44,669 bases of DNA. Source: Hemiscyllium ocellatum (Eukaryota). The position numbers were made by a program, and so were the translations under genes. Numbering within the stretch: position 1 is the first letter of the stretch; each line of letters starts with the position of its first letter. The stretch is taken from positions 1-44,669 of the forward strand of contig NW_026868439.1 in the NCBI RefSeq assembly GCF_020745735.1. Direction: 5' to 3'. Below are positions 35,965-44,669 of the stretch, one piece after another. The notes under the pieces are model-generated. The model ran no database searches, was not told the DNA's origin, and saw nothing but the letters and a program-made list of their open reading frames with translations.

Positions 35965-36430
35965 TCTCATTGCACAGAAATACACAGCAGAGTCGGAGAC
36001 GAAGGCCTTGTTGATCGTTAAATTGGTTTTCTTTGTAGTTTTCTCAAATGTCAAAGAAAAACGATCAGACAATTCAGGATTCCTGTTTACAATCCCAGCT
36101 GAAATCATGTAAAGTATATATTGCGGAGGCTGTCCTGTGTGTTGACCGTACCAGAAAACATAAGGATTAAGATCACTTGTCTTAAAGTTGCATGTGAGTA
36201 TAACATTATTTCCTTCCTCAACCGTCATTTCAGGAACTGGTTGTTCCACCGTGTCTTCACAACTGAATTCTGAGAAAAATAATAACATTATCTGAAGTCA
36301 TGATCAGTACAGTCATTGTTTCAATAATAATGATGTCCCGACTACAAATAACTTGGCCGGGTGTGAATGGAAAAAAGGACTTACTGATAAGTGAGACAAT
36401 GATGAAGAGTCGTGCAAGGCAGTTCTTCAT
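35963..36430 (-). CDS. T-cell receptor alpha/delta-type V gene segment V3 (leader exon 36430-36385, 115-nt intron, V exon 36269-35963), apparently functional, divergent from V1/V2
   Basis: Leader MKNCLARLFIIVSLI-A|GTAAGT, acceptor ttctcag. V exon FSCEDTVEQPVPEMTVEEGNNVILTC...VFWYGQ...DSAVYFCAMR has the canonical Cys/Trp/Cys, no stops, and an RSS. Confidence 0.94.
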
Positions 36431-36601
36431 TGCGCTCTCTGGGTTTGTAATTCTGCAGACTGCAAAACCCTCCATCCAAGATCCACTTTCACAGTTTCTC
36501 CAGTCAATCAACAGCAGCAAGGGTTGCAGCAATCCTAAATACCACAGAGCGGAAAGGTGGGTAAGAGTCAGAACAAACGGAAGTTGAAGGCAGAACTGCG
36601 A

Positions 36602-36610
36602 TGACGTGGC
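36602..36610. promoter_or_regulatory. CRE/G-box-like site in the V3 upstream region
   Basis: TGACGTGGC lies ~175 bp upstream of the V3 ATG. Confidence 0.4.
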
Positions 36611-37210
36611 GATGAGTGAACTCACTGCTCCATTTGAGAACAGAAAATAAGTGTCACTGCTTGGTTTACATATGGAAATTCTGAATGTTGAGATATTTGT
36701 GACCACCCTGCCCCTTTAGTCACAACTTAAGTGAGCTACACGTTAATGGGTAGGGGATTTCAAAAAGTCGTATTATTGGAGATATACAATGCAGCATATG
36801 GTCAATCAGAAAACGAAGCTTCATCCGCTCTTCAAAAAGACTGTTTATTTAATTCTAAACCTTTCATCCTTTTGTTGTTTTATCGCTGTGTAGATTTAAT
36901 TCTTTTTCCAAGTGCCCTTGCTATACATGTAAAAAATTTGCATAGGATCGAATTCTACCATTTATTCACTGCAGAAACAAAAATTTGAACAGAGTTCAAT
37001 GCGAAAAGTAAAGTACGTTGCTTTTCTTCTAATTCCTTTTTTGCATCTGTTTGAAAGGCTTCCTATTGAAAACAGTTGTCAAGCTGTATTTTATCAAACC
37101 TGCTTTTAATTTTGTCGAACTATGGTATTTCCTGTTATTGCAAGTTTGCCTCCTTCATTCTGATTTATCTTGTTCTAATTCTTCTATTGCTTGTATTTTT
37201 TTTTTGTTTT

Positions 37211-40200
37211 TATTTTTCTTCCTTTTGCAACAGCATTCTTGGTGATGGCAAGAGCATTTCAATCATGGAATGTGAGATTTCCTAGTGATCGAAAACAGGT
37301 CTGAGGATACTGCGGCACCAGCAAAGATAGCAAAAAAGAGACAACTCACCTCGGGTCCCCATGTTGAACCCTGGTCCATAATCTCAGATTGCTCTGAAGA
37401 TCCAGGCTCTGGCAAGACTGGGGAGCCTGGCGATAGTAACAGTAACGTTCCAACGCTCCAGCATAAGCAGCAGGCATAGATTCGAATCATCTGAGCGTTC
37501 AAAAATAAAGGATAAACTTTAATGCTTTAATATTCCAGCTTCAGTGACATTGCAGGACTCATAGTGGATGTGGGAGGGGTGATTTGAACGTTTCCTTTCA
37601 GTTTGGTTGTATATCTTTAGTTTTTTTTTATATTAATTATGTTTTATTCGCATTCTGAATGGCAGTTTTGTACACTTCTCACTGTATTCCTGTTTTCCTG
37701 TGCATGAGAACACATTGCAATAATATTATCACATTCTGATTGAAGTCTAATTCTAAATTCAAATATTGCATTGATTTTAGAAGATCGAGCATATTTTGTG
37801 TAAACCCCACATAATGGATGCTGCTTAGCATTTCTTGTCTTACCAGATCTGCAAATCATTATTGCACAAAAACTCTGGGCTTAAATCTAAACCTATACCC
37901 CTCCCATTTATATGTGCGACTTTCAGTTTTTTTCTCTCTCCTCTCGTCTGCATATCTTCTGTTTTCTCAGGCCGCTCTTCAGACTGAGATTTAAATCAAT
38001 GAGTCTGATTCAGAGTTTGGGTTTTCTAGCAGTTGTGTCTGAATCCTCTTCAAACATGTCTAAAAACAAACACTTTTTTTTTCTGGGTTCGCCAGCACAA
38101 TTACACAGTGAAAAATTTACCACAAAATTCTGGCAGTGTATTCAGTTTGTGAAGAAGCAGTAATTTAGAGATAATTCTATAAATAAAGTGGACGATAACC
38201 ACAACTAAATTGGTTTACTGACATCAGATGACACATGACTTGTCGACCAGGAATGTTTCAGTCTCCTAAAAAATTTGAAGAGAACCACCGTAGCAGCTTT
38301 TCCATTGTGAATGTGGTTCATCTAAATCTATTGGCTAACATGGTTATTATGGAATGGGCCTAAGTTAGCCTCGATGAGTTTTACTGTCATCTTCTATCCT
38401 GAACGTTCCCCTCTCTATAACCCTGGCACTTACTGTTTAATCACATTTCGAGATGAAACTTGAGTTGATGTATACAAATAAATTATCTCAACTATTCTGG
38501 TTAATGGCAATGGGTTAGCCACCCATGATGTCAGATTATTATCGTCCCATAATCCGTGTTATTGCGAGTTCATTCACCATACTTTAGAAGCGTAGGATTA
38601 AAAAGAATATAGATAATAGGGTATGTTTGGCGCCAGATGAAGTGCTGATGCTGGTTTTGGGCATTGCAACTTAACTACTTTTATAATTTCTGACTTTGTT
38701 TTCATATGATGCAATTTTGGAAGATTACACATAGCACTCGTAGCTGTTAAAGAAAACCTCGTGGTACGCAGTAAATGCTATGAAATTTCAGTTTTTAAGG
38801 AAATCTTCAACACAGGGGTTCCTTCTTCACCAGGCAACAGAGACATACTGATTTACCTCAAAGTGGAACCTTTTAAGTATTTCCCCTCAGCCTCTGTGTG
38901 CTTGTGAACGTGGTTACATTTGTCTGTTACAGATGTCGTTGCAATTGCCACCGGATGGCGGTATCTGTTCATCTACTGAATATTATTAGCCTCTTCTACA
39001 GTAAGTGTCGTTTGAAAATTTAAGAATGTGCCTGGAGGAGATTATACGTCAGCTGACTAATTAGGTTTGATTTGATTTTCTCCCATTCCGTGTGTGTTGA
39101 AGACGGTGATCGCTGTCTCTGTTTCTGGCGTTTAGCCAAAAACTATAGGGGTGACGCTCAGATACACGCTGATCGTCGCATTGACGACAGGTATTTCGCA
39201 CTTTAATCGGCTGTTTAAAGTTCCGAGTCATTCCATCATTCCCAATTCACTTTCCAGAATGAGCAGTTTCATTCTGTTTCCCATTCGTGTATGCTGTGGC
39301 AGCTGTTTGTCTTGAGAGTCGAATAACAATGATTTGATATTCCACCTCGAACAAAAGATCACAGCGTTCAATGGTTAAACTTGAACAATACTTATCCTCT
39401 ATTTCATGCACCGATAAACTGTAGATTGTTTTTGCATCACCAATTTCGACAACAAGCTCCTCATTTTCTGCTCAGAACCCATAATTTCAGTGCTAGGTAA
39501 GTTCTTCTATTTTTCTTCCTTTTGCAACAGCATTCTTGGTGATGGCAAGAGCATTTCAATCATGGAATGTGAGATTTCCTAGTGATCGAAAAACAGGTCT
39601 GAGGATACTGCGGCACCAGCAAAGATAGCAAAAAAGAGACAACTCACCTTGGGGCCCTATGTTGACCCCTGGTCCAGAAGCGCAGATTGCTCTGAAGATC
39701 CAGGCTCTGGCAAGACTCGGGTGCCAGGCGGAAGTAACAGCCGCAGGCATGGATTCGAATCATCTGAGCGTTCAAAAAATAAAGGAAAACTTTAATATTC
39801 CAGCAGCGAATTAACAGCTTCAGTGATATGTCAGGGCTCATGGTGGATGTGATAGTGGTGATTTGACCGTTTCCTTTCAGTTTGGTTGTACTTCCTTTGT
39901 ATCTCTTTTTTATATTAATTATGTTTTATTTGCATTCCAAATGGCAGTTTTGTAAACTTCTCACTGTACTCCTGTTTTCCTGTGCATGAGTACACATTGC
40001 AATAGTATTATCACATTCTAATTGAAGTCTAATTCTAAATTCAAATATTACATTAATTTCAGAAGATCGAGCTTATTTTGTGTAAATCCCACATAATGGA
40101 TGCTGCTTAGCATTTCTTGTCTTACCAAATCTGCAAATCATTATTGCACAAAAACTCTGGGCTTAAATCTACACCTATACCCCTCCGATTTATATGTGCG

Positions 40201-41928
40201 ACTCTCAGTTGTTTTTCTCTCTCCTCTCGTCTGCATGTCTTCTGTTCTCTCGGGCCGCTGTTCAGACTGAGATTTAAATCAGTGAGTCTGATTCAGAGTT
40301 TGGGGATTCTAGCAGTTGTGTCTGAATCCTCTTCCAACATATCTCAAAAAATACACTGATCTTTCTGGGTTCGCCATCACAATTGCACAGTGAACAATTT
40401 ATCACAAAATTCTGGCAGTGTATTCAGTTTGTGAAGAAGCAGTAATTTCGAGATAATGCATTAGATAATTCTACAAAGAAAGTGGACGACCACCACAATT
40501 AAATTTGTTTTCTGGCAACAGATGACACATGACTTGTCAACCAGGAATGTTTCAGTCTCCATATAATTTTGAAGAGAGCTTTTTTATTTCTATCACTGGG
40601 ATTTTAAAGAACTATTCCCTTGGTATTCCTCCTCTCCTTTGTTCAGTCTTCCACCTGCCTGGTGGAGACTACTTGATGAAGATTGCTTTCCCCACTGTCT
40701 TGAGGCCATTCTTCGACCCTGCAAGTGTCCTTACTCACTGATGTAATCTTGCCACCGATACAGCTTTTCCATTGTGAATGTGGTTCCTCTAAATCTCTTG
40801 GCCACAACATGGTTATTATGGAATGGACCTAAGTTAACCTCTATGTGTTTTACTGGCATCTTCTATCCTGAACGTTCTCCTGTCTATAACCCTGGCACTT
40901 ATTGTTTACCACATTTCGAGATGAAACTTGAGTTGATGTATTCAAATAAATTATCTCAACAATTCTGGTTCATGGCAATGGGGTAGCCACCCATGATGTC
41001 ATATTATTATCGTCCCATAATCTGTGTTATTGCGAGTTCATTCACCATATTTTACAAGCGTAGGTTTTAAAAAGAATAGAGATAATAGGGTGTGTTTTGG
41101 GGCATTGCAACTTAACTCTTTTGTAATATCTGTCTTTGTTTTCATATGATGCAATTTTGGAAGCTTACGCTTTGCAGTCGTAGCTGTTAAAAAAAAACCC
41201 TCGTGGTAAGCAGCAAATGCTATGAAATTTCAGTTTTTAAGGAAATCTTCAACACAGGGGTTCCAGGCAACAGAGACATACTGACTGACCTCAAAGTGGA
41301 ACATTTTAAGTATTTCCCTTTAGCCTCTGTGTGTTTGTGGACGCGGTTACATTTGTCTGTTACAGATGTCATCGCAATTGCCACCAGATGGAGGTAGCTG
41401 TTCACCTACTGAATATTATTAGCCCTCTTCTACAGAAAGAGTCTTTTGAAAACTTAATAATGTGCCTGGAGGAGATTATACGTCAACTGACTGATTAGGT
41501 TTGATTTAATTTTCTCCCATTCCGTGTGTGGTGAAGATGGTGATCACTGTCTCTGTTTCTGGCGTTTAGCGAAAACCTATAGGGGTGAAGTTCTGATACA
41601 CGCTGATTATCGCATTGACGACAGGTATTTCGCACTTGAATGGGCTCTTTAAAGTTCCGAGTCATTCCATCATTCCCAATTCACTTTCCAGAATGAGCGG
41701 TTTCTTTCTGTTTCCCATTCGTGTATGCTGTGGCTGCTGTTTGTCTTGAGAGTCGAATAACTATGATTTGGTATTCCAGTTCGAACAAAAGATCACAGCG
41801 TTCAATAGTTAAAATTCAGCAATACTTATCCTCTATTTCATGCACCTATAAACTATAGATTGTTTTTGCATCATCAAGCTACTCACTTTCTGCTCAGAAC
41901 CCATAATTTCAGTGCTAGGTAAGTTCTT
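37211..41928. repeat. Head-to-tail tandem duplication, unit A ~37211-39507 and unit B 39508-41928
   Basis: Both units start tatttttcttccttttgcaacagc and end ...cagtgctaggtaagttctt. They are colinear throughout, with several indels; unit B has an extra ~150-bp block near 40590-40740. Confidence 0.95.
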
Positions 41929-41959
41929 GGCAGGATTATCATTGACAGGATATCCATGC

Positions 41960-43230
41960 ATTTGTAAGGTCAGGACTGATTAATGTTTAATTAACATAGT
42001 TTTGTCCGTGAGCAATCAAATCACACTAACTTGATCAACTTCCTTTAAGAGTTGAAAAAGAAGATTGACGAAGGTAGAGAGCTAGACCTTAGCAATATGG
42101 ACTTGAGCCTGCCTTTTGACATGGCTTCCGCATGGTAGATTGATGAATAAGTTGTAATCACATTGGATCCAAGGGGGATCTGTCCAATCGAATGCAAACT
42201 TTGCTTGAAGGTTGGGGACAGGTTGTATTTCAAACTGGAGGCCCGTGATCAGCGATGTGCTGGGTCCATTGCATTTTATCATTCATCTAAGCCATTTGCA
42301 TGTACATGCAGGAGTTATCTAATATAGTCTAGAAAAGTCACCAAAATAGCTGTAGTGGATAACGAATGTGTAGTGGATAACGAAGAACTATTCCCAATGT
42401 ATAATTAGGCTTTTCTCAGATGTGCCAAAAGCCGACGGATTGTTGATGGTATTTAATTTACATAAATGTAAATTGTTGTATTTCAGTAAAGCACATCAGG
42501 TCAGGAATTATTTAATGGTTCGGGCCTGGGGAGTTTTACGAGCAACGACATAAGTGGGTGCAGGTACATAATTCCTTGAAAGTGAAAACGCAGTTGTACA
42601 GGGTTGTGAAGAAGGAATATGGCATGGTTTCCTTTTACTAGTCGGAAGTAGTGATGTTATTTTGAGGACGTACAGGACATTGGTTCAGATATGTTTAAAA
42701 TATTCCATACGATTCTGGTTGCTCTCTGAAATGAAGGATGTTGTGAGACATGAAAGGGCACCGAAAAGATTCATAATTGTGTTGCAGTGATTGGAGAATT
42801 TAAGCTCCAGGGAGAGACTAAACACTGTCTGAAAAATATTTTTTCTCGAATCCTTGGAGGCTGAGGGGAGGTGTTATCGACGTGTGTTCAACTATAAGAG
42901 TTATAGATAGGGTTATAGCAAAAGTTGTGTTACCATACCCAAGGATTCCAAAATTAGATTTCAAATGGTTTGCATGAGGGGGGCAAATCTAAAACCGACC
43001 ATGGTGACAACTTTGTACACAAAGCATGCTGCATGTATTGAGCATGATGCCAGAGGGGAGTACAATTTCAACATTTAAAGACGTTTGGATGAGTGCATAA
43101 ATAGAACGGGTTTAGAGGAACACGGGAAAAAGCTGGCATATGGGAGTAGACAATTTCAGGACATCTGGCAAGTGCAAACAGATTGGACCGAACTGTCAAT
43201 TTTCGTGCTGTTTGACTCTATGGCTCATTG
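41960..43230 (+). mobile_element. Decayed CR1-type LINE, 3' half (RT to 3' tail)
   Basis: Remnants of TNLI.F..KIDEGR..MD..AFD..HGRL and later RT motifs; ends in a gactctat-type tail. Confidence 0.75.
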
Positions 43231-43277
43231 CACAATAGGTTTTCATTGGGACAAAACTTGACTCTATCAGAATATAG

Positions 43278-43736
43278 CTGAAAATGTGTTGCTGGTTAAA
43301 GCACAGCAGGTCAGGCAGCATCCAAGGAACAGGAAATTCGACATTTCGGGCCAGAGCCCTTCATCAGGAATGAGGAGAGTGTGCCAGGCAGGCTAAGATA
43401 AAAGGTAGGGAGGAGGGACTTGGGGAGGGGCGATGGAGATGTGATAGGTGGAAGAAGGTCAAGGTGAGGGTCATGGGCTGGAGTGGGGTGGGGGCGGAGA
43501 GGTCAGGAAGAAGATTGCTGGTTAGGAGGGCGGTGCTGAGTTCGAGGGAATCGACTGAGACAAGGTGGGGGGAGGGGAAATGAGGAAACTGGAGAAATCT
43601 GAGTTCATCCCTTGTGGTTGGAGGGTTCCCAGGCGGCAGATGAGGCGCTCTTCCTCCAACCGTCGTGTTGTTATGTTGCTTTAACCAGCAACACATTTTC
43701 AGCTCTGATCTCCAGCATCTTCAGACCTCACTTTTT
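43278..43736 (-). mobile_element. Short Penelope-like insertion (3' end + inverted pLTR piece) flanked by a 16-17-bp target-site duplication
   Basis: TSD actctatcagaatatag at 43261-43277 and 43737-43753. Perfect 28-bp inverted repeat at 43276-43303 / 43677-43704. The body resembles 12000-12450 in reverse. Confidence 0.9.
43336..43371 (-). ncRNA. Minimal type I hammerhead ribozyme motif of the Penelope-like pLTR
   Basis: AUUC-CUGAUGA-A-GGGC(UCUG)GCCC-GAAA-UGUC-GAAU: intact core, 4-bp stem II, 4-bp stem I, loop-less stem III with a GUC cleavage triplet. Confidence 0.72.
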
Positions 43737-43749
43737 ACTCTATCAGAAT

Positions 43750-44669
43750 ATAGAGTCATAGAGCCAGTCAGAAATGCAGCATGGAAACAGGCTCTTCAGT
43801 CCAACACGTCCATGCCGACCAGGCATCATAAATAAATCTAACCATTTGCCAGCATTTAACCCATATCGCTCGAAATCAGTTCTCTTCATGACCCGATTGA
43901 GATGCCTTTCAAATGTTGTAATTGCACCGTCCTCCGCCACTTCCTCTGGCAGATCATTCCATGCATGCACAACCATAGAATGAAAACGTTGTCCCTTAGT
44001 TTCCTTTGAGATATTGCCCCTGTCACCTTCAGCCTGTACCCTCTAGTTTTGCAAACTCATCCACTGGGACAACACATTAGTTATTCTTTCCCCTCATGAT
44101 TTTATCAACCTCACCCTCTGAGACTTCAGGACAAGTAGACCCAGCCGGTTCAGGTTGTCTCTGTAGCTCAAACACTTCAAATTCAGAAAACATTATTGCA
44201 AGTGTTTTCTGAACATTTCAAAGTTTCACAACATCCTTCGCCTGGCAGACAGAACCAGAATTCTCTGCAGTATTCCAAATGTGGTCTAATCAAAGTCCTG
44301 TAGAGCTTAAACATGTTCTCCCAATTTTATTACTCAATAAATGGACCAATGACAGTCAGCATATGAGACGCCTTCTTCATCACTCTGTTGGCCTAAGACT
44401 CCACTTTCAAGGAACTAGGAATCTCCATTAAGATCTGTTTGTTCAGCAGCCCTCCCCAGGACATTACCGTTAAGTTTATAAGTCCTGCCCTGATTTGTGT
44501 TTCCAAAATGCTAAACCTCACATGCTTCAAGATGGAATTCCATCCCCCAAGCCTTGGCCCTTTGGCCAATTGGACTAGATGACAAAGGTGCAGTTATATT
44601 CTGAGGTAATCTATTTCACTGTCCATATCACACTCATTTTTCGGTGTCATCTGCAAATTTAGGAACCAA
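43750..44669 (-). mobile_element. CR1-type LINE 3' part, continuing beyond the window
   Basis: Begins with atagagtcatagag (reverse of the 3' tail), followed by typical reverse-strand CR1 3' UTR and RT sequence. Confidence 0.75.

Noticed and set aside
37263-37502. Minus-strand ORF with signal-peptide-like start, flanked by AG and GTGAGT
   Set aside because: The paralogous copy (39556-39841) has indels that break the frame; no family recognised.

Overview
Vertebrate (not prokaryotic) DNA, almost certainly from a cartilaginous fish, probably a carpet/bamboo-type shark judging by the repeat families (inference). The window is part of the variable-segment array of a T-cell receptor locus, alpha/delta type from the C-A/V-M-R/Q V endings. 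It holds three apparently intact minus-strand V segments (3136-3617, 6632-7113, 35963-36430), the leader of a fourth at the left edge, a minus-strand V pseudogene cut by a Penelope-like element, and an inverted plus-strand V pseudogene. Two GPR139/142-like GPCR copies lie inside the array: one intact except for a single 1-nt frameshift, one decayed. The rest is two tandem segmental duplications (3.5 kb x ~2.8; ~2.3-2.4 kb x 2) and many Penelope-like and CR1 retroelement pieces. The most notable signals are: (1) every intact V has a same-orientation CTCF-type motif 25-26 bp past its RSS nonamer, with the spacing exact across two unrelated V families and the motif absent at the inverted pseudogene; (2) one V carries a perfect 52-bp tandem duplication of its whole RSS, read through in frame, which could allow a long CDR3 and a second rearrangement of the same V; (3) all measurable RSS spacers are 24 nt, not 23. 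Family assignments come from motif recognition by eye; no database searches were run, and retroelement boundaries are approximate.
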